A DNA stretch of 64,000 nt from assembly GCA_964199315.1 (NCBI GenBank), contig OZ116700.1, forward strand, positions 32,116,001 through 32,180,000, read 5' to 3'. Every line of letters starts with the position of its first letter. Within the stretch, counting starts at the first letter, position 1. The notes beneath the pieces are model-generated. The model made no database searches, was not told the origin of the DNA, and saw only the letters and a list, made by a program, of their open reading frames with translations. Below are positions 50,201 through 62,926 of the stretch, piece after piece. This DNA is from Orbicella franksi. Lineage: Eukaryota. The position numbers and the translations under genes were made by a program.

Positions 50201-53200
50201 ATTTCAAAAACTTGCTATTTCTGATGCAATATTTACCTTAACTGGCATTCGTTCATCATCTGCTATGAAGTATGCCTGACCCCTTCCTGCCCCAGCCACA
50301 CCCTGCACCAGGTTGGGACAAGCTTCTGGTCCGATTCCAAACGTGTAAAACCTAACGAACACAAAATAAGAATATATCAAGATACAAGGGACTATAGGAA
50401 AGATTCCTGTACCTTCATTTTAATCCCCAGCTAAACGGACTTGCTAGTAGACGCAAGTTGAAAACTTGGTCTACTTGCGAGTCTGTTTGCCCAGACTCCT
50501 TGCGTTGACTTTCGTTGGCTTGCGATGACTTGTGCTCACTTTAGTCGAGATCGAATTCGCACGCAAGTCGACGCAGGTTTTTAACCGTTTGGCCACCCAA
50601 CCCAAGTCAACGCAAGTTGAGTGACGTCTATTCGTTGTTATAGCAACCTATTAGCCAATGAAATACTAAACCCGTAGTCTTGAAATGCAACCTCGTTCCT
50701 ACAGACCCTGGGAACGAGGTTGCTTGAAATGGGTTTTTGGCGACTTGCGTGCACCTGCGAGGAAACGTGCGAGTCTGTTTGGCCACCCAACGCAAGTTCA
50801 ACTTGCGGCTACTTGCAACTACTTGCGAATCCGTTTGGCCAGGGCTTTGTGCATTTGCAATGCTGGCCACGATTGCGGTCTGTAATTAATTCTGGTTTAT
50901 GATTGGTTTTAAATGTGAGCTCTTTGAGGTTACTGAAAAGTTTGACAACCAACTCTTTTCAACGAATCAGATGCAAAAAACCAACGCTTTTAATTCATTC
51001 GTCTTCTACTCAGGCCTTGCAATTCTTATAAATGGTGTATGCAAGGTTGGATGTTGCACTATTAAATCGGCACAAAAAAGGTACGACACAAAAACTGATT
51101 TGCACGAGATGAAAAGATGTAAGCAACTGTGTTTCTAACAACAACTGCTGATTTCAAACACAAAAACACGCAGATTCGTTTAGCTGGAGAAAAGCGAAAA
51201 TCACTGCGTTTTTTAAAGAACTACAATATTTTCATCTATAGCGCTTGACGCCCGACGAAATTAACAATGACAAGTCGGCTTGTCCAAACGGTGCAAAAAG
51301 TTAGCGCTCAAATCATTTCATATTAACATAAAACCGCTATTTCTCATCTAATGTTTTTTTCTGTCGTCGCAAAAAAAAAAAAAAAAGAAAAAGAAAAAAA
51401 GAAAAAACAGCGTAAAACTCGGCGACCTTTGTATGATGTAAATGACGTGTATTTTTCGTTTATCAGACGCAAGGCGAAATGGATTTCGGTAAAATTTAAA
51501 AATGTCTAAAAACACATTGCTTGGTCGCGAAAAGTAGTTTGATCCTTGACAATGCTGCTTAATCTCGGTAATATTGTAGCAGACATTAAATTCGTGAAGA
51601 AAAAGCCGAAATTTAATCAGATATGCTATTTGCAGTCAGTTCATGCTCGAGTCCATTTCTGTTTCAAGAAGGGACGGTTGAGCAATTGTGACACGGTCTT
51701 TTTTATTGAAATTAACACATCCGGACTTTCTGCTTTATTATTTTCGCTTGATCTTTGAAATTACCACCTGCTTGGTCTATGGTTTTTCTTTGTCTGAAAT
51801 AATTAATATGCAAACTTCAGTATCGGCACATCGGACCAGTATTTCTCCTATGGACGAGCTAGAAATGAGTTGAAATCTTCCGTCAAAAGCTGACCATAGT
51901 CGACGTTTACATATACCTGTTAAGAAATAACCGCTTTCGAATGCAACTTTCCAGAGGAAATATTTACAGTATTTCATGAACAGATGTGCTATACAATGAT
52001 AATCTAAAATTATTCACACTTAAATTGCATGGTAATTTCAATTTTCAAGGTGTTGCTTTCCCAACGCTCCAAACTGAGAAATTCAAGAAAATTTTCCTTC
52101 ACACTACGCCGTCATGACAATGCTACAAAGAAATGAACATGATTTTTTTCTCGCCTCGGGAGCGATGAATTCTAAGTTTATTAAACCACTCGGAAAATTT
52201 CAAGTTGTTTACACAGAGGGCCTTAAGTAATGGCTAAATATCGGTCGTCAACGAAAAGCTCTGAACTCGCTATTTCAACTGTCAGTTCCGGCTTCAATTT
52301 TACCAAGAAACGAAGGGAAAATAATTCGTATTTTTACGCCCCCTTCGCCAGACTTTCAAAAGCACCTTCCGGGCTCAAACGACGTAAAATTAACCACGCA
52401 TTGAGCTGCCAAATGTATGACTATAGTTTGGCAAGCGTTTTTCTTTAACTTTGTCTTCGTTTAAAGATTAATATAAAAAGGTCGGAAATATAGTTCCTCG
52501 TTCGCTAAGCCGATTTTAATAGTTGTCAAATCTGCTCTAAAAATTACAGAACACAAATATCGATTGAAATTGTTCCTCAAATGAATAGAAAGCATCTTTT
52601 TCTATTTCAAGACAACCATTACCCTGGACGATAAGTTTATGTTTAAAATTAAAAACAAGCTTTGTTGGGAACAGGAAGACAAGAAGACAAATTCAATTTT
52701 CAATGTATAGGAGACAGGTTTTCGTTGCAAAACGACCATATCTTGAAACTAGTTTTATACATTGAATCTGAACCAATGTACTCTGAAAAACAGAAAGCTA
52801 TGCAACTTTTCAAAATTTGAGGACGTGTTTACACTAGCATAATATAAGAAGATATTGGTTTAAGAGGCACCGAATGGAAACATAATCTGAAACAAAACTG
52901 GTTACTTTTCATTTTGTCATGTGAATCATGATATCTGGAACATCGAAAAAAAATATAAGTGTATAGTTTCATACCTGTGAGTTTGCAAACAGTTAAAACT
53001 GTTTCGACTAAATAATTCTTGTTTATAAGAGTACACTTGGTCGCGTTTTAAACTCTGCAATTGCTGCCTCAAGAACGATCTGCCGATGGCCTTTCGAATC
53101 AGTCTACAGTTGTTGTAAAGGATTTTAAAAGATCACAGCATATTTGTAGGTTCAGTTCGTGATCAGAGACGGGATAAATTATGGCAAGACTGGAAAGCCT

Positions 53201-54689
53201 ATTCTTCAACGCATTAATCAGTGGCAAAAACTAAGCGACACATTGTTTGTGTGTTGGAAAATAAAATATTCTGCACAGCGAAACAATTATCGGCGAGACA
53301 AATAAAAAAGAGCTGAGTCACCTGTGCTGTGGAAAAAACTTTTCTCACAAACGCAACCAGAGCCTTGCAGGGGAAAGAGATAGTTTACATTGAACGCATT
53401 TACCGGCCAAAAAAAATTAAATAATAAAAAAAAACCTCAAAAAAACCTTACCGTGTTGTATAGGAATTTCGACGCACAAAATCCACGACCTCTAAAGTAT
53501 TTGATATACCTCCATCAGTCAGCATAAAAACTGTCCTCCCCACTCCAAGCTTTGTAGACTTTTCAAAGATAAACTCCAAAGGTAGAAGGAGATTAGAACC
53601 ACCTAGGTCAGCCCTCATTTTATGCACATAAGCGCAAGCTTTTCCCAACGTCGTTTCGTTGTACGGTTGGCTTTCTTGGAACAGACTCCGATAATACGAA
53701 CCAAAACCAATAATGTTAAAACAACAGTTCGCTGGCAAGCTCTTGAGGAAGAGTATCAACGTTTCTTTGACGTGAAAAATGTGATCCCCGCTCATACTGC
53801 CACTGCGGTCAACGAGAAAGATATATTCCCCAACAGCGCTCGGAGTGGGTAGTCTTGGGGTATAGTTTATCATGATCGCCGCCTTCTTGTGAAAATCTTC
53901 CAGAGTATCAGAGTTATTTGAGCTTTCCATTTTATCTTCACCTCGCAGCGAGTTATAACCCTTCTTTCCTTCCTCGATCAGGACGTAAGGGTCGTAGGGA
54001 TGCGAGAGGTGAAGTACGACCTCCAATTCCCGATCGTACGTATGCGCTTCGGCGATCGTGATGTGAATGCGAGAAGCGTTCGTTGCTCGGCAATCTGCGT
54101 CGACTTGAATAGCGTGCGTTCGAGACGAACACCCTGCCAATAAACACGGAGCGGCTACCTCTAACTGCAGCTCAAAACTGTAAGGCTCCTGAGTCTTGCG
54201 GGGAATATTTGTAATAAGCATCTGCGATCCGTACAAATCTGTTTCTTCATTTTCGTCGCTGGCGAGTCGCGGAGTGAAGACCGACGGTAGAACAAATAGC
54301 GATCCACCGGTTGTTTCGTCCGTTCCAAGCTCCGTAATCAAAGTCACTTGAACAAACACCGACGTGAGTGGAGGAATTCTCCCCAAACTCAGCGAAAATA
54401 GATCGTCGTCTCGCTCCTCCAAAGCGAACGCGTGCTTTTCAGAATTGCGAGTGATGATCTCCGAAACTTGCGTGCTAACATGCCGCTCCTCTATCGTCGC
54501 TTCAAACTCGACGACTGTAGCTCTCTCGTCTTGCGGAAAAATAAATAATCCTTCCACGTCGTATTCACAATCATTACAGTACGTCAACGTCGCTAGAACT
54601 CGCGCAGCGAACCCGTTTACCTCGGCAAAGATGCTCGACGCTTTTAACTGAAGACTGGAGTTCGTGTGACGGTTCACCAGACCGGTCAT
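47233..54689 (-). CDS. VWA5B1: von Willebrand factor A domain-containing protein 5B1-like (VIT + vWA + C-terminal helical domain, about 1185 aa)
   Basis: Exons on minus strand: 53452-54689, 50237-50351, 48526-49895, 48187-48365, 47233-47888; total 3558 nt, phases match. The N-terminus resembles VWA5B1 (MTGLVN...LTY...GLFIFP.DE..TVVEFEA). MIDAS DRSGS...LTDG; C-terminal LISLQ/WATALALSWL/EWSLAAKKAEDW motifs. Confidence 0.9.
47925..48150. repeat. Degenerate interspersed repeat rich in CCAAT/ATTGG motifs (intron of VWA5B1-like)
   Basis: Several CCAATCAC/GATTGG motifs. Similar-looking fragments lie at about 55000-55200 and 55920-56040. Boundaries approximate. Confidence 0.4.
50421..50848. mobile_element. 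MITE with GCAAGT/ACTTGC internal repeats, containing a nested mini-element
   Basis: About 30-bp imperfect TIR AATCCCCAGCTAAACGGACTTGCTAGTAG versus CTACTTGCGAATCCGTTTGGCCAGGGCTTT. Internal CGTTTGGCCACCCAAC-type repeats. Confidence 0.7.
50688..50722. mobile_element. 35-bp mini-MITE with 9-bp TSD
   Basis: Perfect 12-bp TIR CAACCTCGTTCC / GGAACGAGGTTG, flanked by direct repeat CTTGAAATG (50679-50687, 50723-50731). Confidence 0.85.
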
Positions 54690-57600
54690 TTTTTCATCTC
54701 AGCGAAATCGTTATCGCTCAAAATTTATCCTGTCCGCGTGTGATTCAAGTTACTTTTCAAATAATTTATTCGCCTACTGAACAATTTCGTGAACAAAGCC
54801 AAAAATACACAACTAAAGCGAATTGCGGCTTTCACAGACTCGGAAATATCGCTGCGATTTTTAAAAAGAATTCCATATTCATTTTCTTCGCCTCCAGATG
54901 TGCGTATATTATTGTAATTTGCTCGGAGTGCTTTAGGTTTTTGACTGGAAAACAATTTACAGCATAAGCGTTTGTTAGTCGTAACATCCGTTTTGTGCTC
55001 ACTAGCCAATAAATGAAGTTAGTTCGACACTCAATTAGAGCGGGAAGCCATTTGAATGCATAATTTTTTCATTACGTAAAGTGAGCGGGGCACGAGCCCG
55101 CAAATCAGCCAATTAGAGCGCACGGATAAACCAAAACTAACCCCTACTTTAAAACAGTAACCAATCACAGCGCGGTTTATCCTTCCAATGGCGCACGCCT
55201 TCTGTAATCGACAACAGTGGAGGTTAAAAAAGAATTTTGTTTTGAATTTTATGACACCTCTTGTCAACTTCAAATACTCCTTTTTGAAAACCATTTCCAT
55301 CGATTTCTCGCTTTGTTTTACGAAAACCGGAATTTGTATCCAAATAGCGGCGGTTTGAAGAAAGTTAATTTCACGGGCAAGGTTTATCTCTTTAATTATC
55401 AGTGGACGCGGTTGACTGTTATGAGTCGACATGTCCTTGTAAGTTTTAATTGAAATAAATTGTGAGTTTCTGTCATGATGTCAAACGAAAATGGAGTACA
55501 CAAAAAGATGTTGCCACATTTGAAAAATATTATGTCTTAGTCAATAAAAGATATGGAATTTGAATCAACATGGGATGATATTCCCGTAATATAATTTTTA
55601 CGCTTGTATATATGTAATTAAAAAATGTCTGAAAGTGCGATGGTGCGTCCCTTTTATCGAGATACTGGAAATAAATTTACACGGATTTCTCAACTTTTTA
55701 TCGCTTTTCACACGCGACAACTTATCTATAGTTTGTTTCTGTGACTGTTTAAAAGAAAAAAACAATTCGAAAAAGATGATGACTCGTAAAATATTTCGTG
55801 CATTTTGAGGTTTGAATTTGCTGCTTAAGTCTGATTTCTGTGATGCATAACCGCATATTCTTATTCAAGAACGGATTAGAAACGTTTTTTCATGATTGAT
55901 TATCGCAAAGCTAGCCAGGGAGATCACTACAACAAAAAGTAATCAATCAAATTAGAACTTGGAAACATGCAACTGATGACAACCGCAGAAGGGTCGCGTA
56001 AACTAAGTCATAACTGGTTTTAGTTTTAGCCAAAAATTTAACCACTTATTTCTATAGCACAAGAAGAAAACAAAATGTAGATGAAAGTTATGATCGCAGA
56101 TAGGGAACTGCTGTGCTTAAGCAGTTGTATTTTAATAGCCCCACAGGAAAAAATATGCATTTAAGAAGTTTGAAAGGGATCCATACCCGCGACCTCGGCG
56201 ACAATTATACGAAGTTTTGCAACCACGCTTCGCCTCTATAAGGTCAACAGCAAATGGAGGATTTATCAATGGAAGATTAAAAATAAATTATGTTGACAGG
56301 GAAAAACGTTTGAGTGGGTCATGCGGCTAACCAACTGGGTTAGGTGGCACAGCAAGTGTATAAACTTCAAATTAAGTCGGATGTCAAAATCATAAACACT
56401 GTTTTTTTTTTTGTTGTTTAAATCTAAGTATTGATTGCATTTGAGAGTGTTAGAGAACAATCTAGTATACATGCTTTTTAACTTCTTTCCGTTTCTTTAA
56501 GAAAGGGTATAATGCGAATAGAATTTAGCGTGCATACAGAAGGAAAAAACACGCATAGGGGTACAGGAGCAAGTTCATCTCCCGCTACGAAGGAAAAAAA
56601 ACCTTTCAAAAGTTTGTTTTTCAATGGCCTGTTAATTCATAGCCGAACGACTTCTGTACAATTACTTAAAAGTAGTTTTAAATGGCATGACTTGGTTTTC
56701 TACACCACATTAAATGTCACCGTATACTTCAATCTTTTAATTCATAGCCGAGAGATCCGAGTATAATATGACTGATAAAAACCGTTTCAAATGGTATGAT
56801 TTATTTTTTTCGCCGCACGTAATTCCACCATAAATTTTTGTGCAATCATAGTTTTTTTTTCCTTTCCTTTCGTCATCCTCTTACTGATTTTTAAATCATG
56901 TCTACAAATCAGGAAATAGAAGAGATGTCAGAAGGGAAACTGATTAATTAGTTGAACTGAAAGCAAGCAAAAAAAAAAAAAAAAAAATCCATTCACATCA
57001 CAGAAACTATCGCTTATTCATGAAAGAGGAAGAACTGATGTTTACACTGTCAGCATGATCTCACAGGCGTTCCTCTAATAAACTAGTGACAACACCAGCA
57101 GATCGCTTTCTAAATGGAATAAAATTGATGGTCAAACTCGATGATATTGCTCCGCAAAATAACAACACTAGAGCTTGCTTCCAAGGGCTCTATTTATATA
57201 CATATATGGCCTAGCTCGCTACGAGAATCCCTGTAAGTTCAGTGCATGGTCAGAACATGCGAGAGGTTCGAGATAAAAATTTTCCCTTTTTCTCCCTTTC
57301 TCGTCCACTGAAGGAATATCCTTCTCAAGAACTGTACTGTTTTCAACTCCACTTCAAAATTACGAACTTTCATTTTTACAATACAAACGGTCTTGGTTTT
57401 CTCCGACAGTAAAATTGCTAAAACGTTTGGATAAATTAGATATTGGTTCCACTTATTTCTTCTGCATACAACAATCAGCATAGAAACAATAATATTTCGG
57501 CATTTGTTTCGTTATTTTGTAATGTGGGCGGTATGTTAGTTTAAACAAAATTTGTATTTAGAAACATAATTGGATTTATAATGTTAAAAGAAACGTGATC

Positions 57601-59718
57601 GAATACAATATTTCTTCAATTGTCCAGAACCAGATTGAAAACATGATCGGTCAGTTTTCGTTCTTGCCAATAACTGTATATCTCTTTGTTAAAAGCACTT
57701 TTATCAGCCATCTGTCTCGGAAAAGAAAAGAAAGGTAATCGTCACTTTATTGGCAGTCTATCTTCACACTGAAATTCTGCGCGTAATTAATTTAGGGAGC
57801 TTTGTGTTCATGCATGGACAATTAAATCGCTCAAAAGAGAGATAAACGGTGAAAGGACAAATATTGGTCGATTGTAAAATTTGTAGTGTGATTAAACTTT
57901 GTTTTCGAGAAATCCTACAAAAAAAGATAAACTATTGATTCGAAACTATGCTGACATTAGCACGGGAATATACAGAACGAGAGGAGAGATAGAGTAAGAA
58001 AACAAAGGAAACGGATATACGTACAAATTTTGTTGGCCTGGTCATATAATAAGCATTTCTCGGCGTGAATTTTTTTTTTCGGAAATAATCACATCGTAAA
58101 CACAACTCATTGGTAGTTACCTTCCCAAACGAAGAATTTTTATATCAAGACTTTTTTTGCGTTTCGTAAAAATCGGTTTGGGTCTTTGTCAAGTTTAGGG
58201 GTATGATGATGTATGTGCGAGTGTTCTTCAACACGGAAACTCCCCCCCCCCCCCCCCCAAAAAAAAAAAGGAGACAAAATGAGTTATAAGTGTTTTTTCA
58301 AAGATTTCAATAGATTACTTGAGTTGCAACGAAAAACCGTTTGAGGAACATCTAAGACGAATGTTTCGCCGGAAAACTTTACATGCGCTAGTCATTTTTT
58401 CTAATTACCCAAGAGTTTAATACACGTCCACAAAAGATATTCTTCACGAATCTTTCTTTTTATACCAAAACAAAAAGAATCATTTCACGTTATAACCTCA
58501 CTTCAAAATACATGATCTTTGGAAATTTTGATGTAAAAACAACCGGCGAAGTTAATTACTGCGTAGGAAAGTGTGTTATGAGTTGCAAAGCATTGTGAAA
58601 TCTCATTGAAAGTAATAATCTTAATGAGATCTCTTTGTCAAAGTCCACGGGCCTGCTGTTCCTTATGTTTGCCCAGTCATGCTCCCCATGACACCTTCCT
58701 TTCGATAATCTAATATGGCCATCACTGTATAAATTAGGTTGTAAGCTGTTCATGAAAAAGCTGGCACATTTGCGCATGGCGCGCGCGTGCAACGCGCGTT
58801 GAAAATCGACGCAACGCACATCAAACCCTTTGAAAGTCTTTTCAGGCGGCAGTGGTCCTTAAAAGCGCTCATTTTCAAATTTACGAGTTTAACATGTAAC
58901 ATACCATCACCAGCTATCTAGTTAGCATTAACTTCAACATATAATGAGCGAGAAAGAATTTTTTGTGGCGAGAAGTCGAGAGATTGCCAATAGGACTTTT
59001 CACGGTTTCTGACACCATCTTATTTTGGGGGCAAACACGGCATAAATTACAGTAAATGCATGAGGGAAATGGAGAATATCTAATGTCTAACGACTCACGG
59101 AAAATACGAGTTCTGAAGTATTTACGAATTAAAAACTAGAGATACCAGGCAAATGAATTTACTGACTGCATTCCACTGAATTTTAGCCACGCTAAAAAAG
59201 TCACACTTAAGGTTTTTATTTTTCCATACATTTGTTTATGAAAAAATTAAAAGTGCAATTCCTTGCCTCACAGCAAATGTATTCTCATCAAATTTGACCA
59301 AAAAAACCTTCTGATGAGTATCTTTTCCTTGTAACTCATAAAATACTCAGAAAGTTAATCGCTCTCAACTTATTGGGCATTGAACTTTTAACTTTTCTCC
59401 CTCCTCCTCTCTTTATTTTTCCTCAACCCATTTAACGCATAATAATCCTTGTAACTACGCAGCTCGTTTAGTTCTTACTATTTTGAGTATTTTTTTTGCT
59501 TATTTAAGTTTAATTTATTTTTTTGGTATATGATATTCTATGTGTTAAGCAAAATGGCACCAGAAACCATGAAAAGGTCAGATGATAGATTGATTTGCTG
59601 AACTCAGAATTAAATTCCATACAAACTTGTGAAAAATTGGTTGTTCTAGACTTTAAAACAGCCTTTCCACTTAAGCTTTTTGGTCTGGGTTTTAAATATT
59701 AATTCTCCTCATTGATGC

Positions 59719-59883
59719 AGGGGCAGTTCTAGGGGGAGGGTGCATGGGGTGCATCCCCGCCCCCCCGCCACTGAAATGACATGCAGCTTCCTAATATAAC
59801 TGGTATTCTGCAAAAATATAAAACTCAGTTACACTATTCCTTAGTGGCCCACCCCTCCTAAGAAAAATCCTGGATCTGCCCCT
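59719..59883. mobile_element. PIF/Harbinger-like MITE
   Basis: TIR AGGGGCAGTTCTAGG / CCTGGATCTGCCCCT. Superfamily guessed from the GGGGC ends; TSD not evident. Confidence 0.6.
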
Positions 59884-60337
59884 CTGGTGGTCACAAATTT
59901 ACTTTAAGGCCAGTTATAAGTTTGTCCTGTGGACAAAGCCTTTTGCTGGGCCCACAAATTTCAAAATAACAGTGTATTGATATTTTTATACTGTTAGTAA
60001 GGAGCAACCATGCAAAACTTTGTCATAATGTTATGCCAAAAAGACATATTTGTGCTGTTCTCTATGCAGATTTTAAAAGTCAAATAAGAAGTAACTGCTA
60101 AGCCTGTGTTACTTTCAGTTAGTTTATTTCTGCATAATGATTTTCTAGAATGAACTGCATTCAGTATAGAATGTTCATTGCCATATCAGATAATTTAATC
60201 TAGTATGTACACACTGTCTTTTAACTCTAACAATATTACTACAAAATACCACATTATAATATAAAATCACCTTCATATTTTAAATGCAAATTATTTACAT
60301 ATATAACTTAATTTTAAAGCTTGGTCCGTAATCTTCC

Positions 60338-61985
60338 TTAAAAACCATGAGAAGCAGATAACATTCTTAGCTGATCCCAAAAGAGTAAGCTAAGGATTGT
60401 GTGTGGACCAATTCTAAAGTAATGTGGTCCAACACCCTTGTAAAACCCCATCACACCTTCTCGCTTAAATATTTTGACAAAACAGTCCACAAAGCCATTA
60501 TAAAAGAGTCCCTTACCACTAGCGTTGGTTCCTTGATTGTATAAACGAGTACTTACTACATCAAATGGTGTCATGCATGTTACCACCGCAACACTGCTAA
60601 TCATACTAGCCGATGCTGGAATAAGCCAGCTTTTCTCAGGGAAGAAATTCGTTTTTGCAATCCTTTCCCTAGTGGTTGAGAAAGTTGACAACTGAACAGC
60701 AGATCCAATCATGACACGTGCAACAGCACCACTGACACCTCGCCAGAGTCCTTTAACTCCGAACTCTCTGTAAATACCTGATAATGCTTGGACAAAGCCA
60801 CTGTGTTTGTGTTGAAAGCCGACAGCGATAGTGTCTGTTGCTTGTGCTTGAAGTTGGGTCTTGACCTTATTGGAGATTTAAATATCAAATCATTTTTGGA
60901 AACAAAAAAAAATGTCTTATATAAAATGTATATTAGGAGGTCCAATCCTCAATGCTACATGTAGATTTGATGATCTCAAAAACCTACAAATCTGTACAAT
61001 TTCTGCTCAACATTACAATTTTTTGGACGACTAGGTTAAAGGAAGCAAAATTGATGTTGTACTGTTAGACTGTGTTGTACAGTTAGACTATCTTGAAATT
61101 AAACAACTGATAAGCAAAAAAGATGGTTAGTAGCACACCCTTGATTCAATGAGGCAAAAAAAAGGTTTGTTTTCCTTTGACTGAAGATCTGTGTGTCACC
61201 GAGTAGACAGTTCAAGTTAGGAATGAACCGTTACATTTCTCCTGAGGATTTCTCACAGAGAAAAAACTCCTACATAAGAAAACTGGGGGGAAAAAGTGTA
61301 AAGCAAGTCACAAAAGAAAAAAAAAACAATAACAAAAGAACCAAAAAAAAAAGACGAAACCTTACTGGAATTAACGTTTGAAAAAAAAACCCACAACAAC
61401 AAAAAAAATCAGCCGGAGAAAAATACCCACTAAAATATCTCAATGGCGTTACGATGTGCAGTCACGCAATAATCTCGTGACTAGATTTTGCAGCCGTTTG
61501 TCAAAGTTTGGAATTTGCTGTTGAAAGTAAATAAATCGGTAAACTCTAGAGCCAAAAGCCCACATACATGATACTTTTGATGTTTCGGTGCTCACCATAT
61601 AAGCCGGGCTTCCCAAAAACGCGCCAATGGCACCAGAGACAGCGCCGGCCAGAAGACACCGCCAAAACTCGATTCGACCCTCGCTGTTTGCAGTCAGTTT
61701 TAAGTTGGTAAAAACCTGGTAAGATCCCAATCGACAACCATTCATCACTGCTTGGTAAACTAGAGCGGGAGCGAGTCCACTTTGCAAAGATCTGAGGCCG
61801 TCAAATCGACCGATTGTGTAAAAAGCGTGAAAGGCGTTCTTGTAATGTACCGCGTACGTTCCTCTTGCCTTCAACTCTCCCTGAAGCTGCATCCGCGTTT
61901 TAACAACTTCTAGAGGATTTGTGAAAAAGCAAGCACCACAAGCTGCTGTGGCACCTAAGCCAAATTCTTTCAGTTGTGACAGCAT
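60338..61985 (-). CDS. SLC25A35: Mitochondrial carrier SLC25A34/35 family (about 305 aa; related to yeast Oac1)
   Basis: Exons 61596-61985 and 60338-60865, phase 0. Carrier signatures PLEVVKTRMQ, PAYMVKTQLQ and PFDVVSTRLY; C-terminal FRIGPHTILSLLFWDQLR. The ORF-track GTG start at 62051 is probably not the real start. Confidence 0.93.
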
Positions 61986-62233
61986 TCTTGCAGAAAGGAA
62001 GTCTTCCACCACAGGCCCGGCTTTTGCGGAATTTCCCAGTCTTGTTGACACGTTTGTCGTTTGTGGAGTTGTTTGTGGATAAAAGGATTATTTGGTCAGC
62101 GGTAAAGCAATCAGCGTAAATCTTACGACAGTTTTCATTGGTCATTCGTCCAAATTAGCCAATCGGAATACTTCTTTCATCAACTCGTGCGCCATGCTTG
62201 ATTCATAGTTGATCAAAACATAAGAGCCTAAAG
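61986..62233. promoter_or_regulatory. Bidirectional promoter between SLC25A35 and MRPL9
   Basis: The start codons are 248 bp apart, head-to-head. ATTGG near 62138 and GCCAATCGG near 62158. Confidence 0.65.
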
Positions 62234-62926
62234 ATGTGGCGCTTTTCTCGGCAAATTCTGCAAGTGCAAAACGTCTCCAAGCTGTGTGCAAGAATGGTGA
62301 AAAAGAGGCCACCATTGTCGAAGAAAACCATAGCCAAAATGAGAGCGGATAGATGGATAATTGAGAAAGGACAGCCGAAGAAGAGACTACCTGATGTCAA
62401 AGTTCCATGGTTGAATATCATTCTTACAGAAAATCACGAGACGCTTGGAAGCAAGGGACAAATGGTGTCAGTCGAACCCAGGTTGGCCAGAAATACGTTA
62501 ATTCGTCTGGGAATGGCCGTTTATGCAACAGAAGATAATAAAGAAAAATTTCTCAGAAAGGACACCTCTAAAGATCACCCCGAGGCCGCACTGGACAGTG
62601 AATTTTTGAACTTTCTGCATGGGCTTCATTTAAAAATTCAACGCAAAGAAGGAAGTGAATTTTTTGAAGTTAACGAGCATCACATAGCGTTAGAGTTCGA
62701 ATCACAATTCGAGCTTTTTGTTCCTGTACACTGCGTTAAACTTGACAGACCCATCACGTCTTTTGGAGATTTTGAGGTGAACATAGCAGTGAGGGACAAT
62801 GTCCTAGTGCCAATGAAAGTGTCTGTAGAACAATGGGATCCAGATTTACCAGACTGGGTTAAAGATGCTCTGAAATCTGAAGGACATGATATAGATAAGG
62901 AGCAAATGCAGGATAAGGAAAGCTAA
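62234..62926 (+). CDS. MRPL9: Mitochondrial large-subunit ribosomal protein bL9m, single coding exon, 230 aa
   Basis: Basic, acid-free N-terminal presequence. L9 N-domain (IILTENHETLGSKGQMVSVEPRLARNTLIRLGMAVYAT). L9 C-domain (PITSFGDFEVNI). Confidence 0.9.
   Translation: MWRFSRQILQVQNVSKLCARMVKKRPPLSKKTIAKMRADRWIIEKGQPKKRLPDVKVPWLNIILTENHETLGSKGQMVSVEPRLARNTLIRLGMAVYATEDNKEKFLRKDTSKDHPEAALDSEFLNFLHGLHLKIQRKEGSEFFEVNEHHIALEFESQFELFVPVHCVKLDRPITSFGDFEVNIAVRDNVLVPMKVSVEQWDPDLPDWVKDALKSEGHDIDKEQMQDKES

Noticed and set aside
21801-54689. Idea that the p53-family gene, MARCH ligase and VWA5B1-like gene form a functional cluster
   Set aside because: Adjacent animal genes are not operons. MARCH ligases act on membrane proteins, and there is no sequence evidence of shared regulation.
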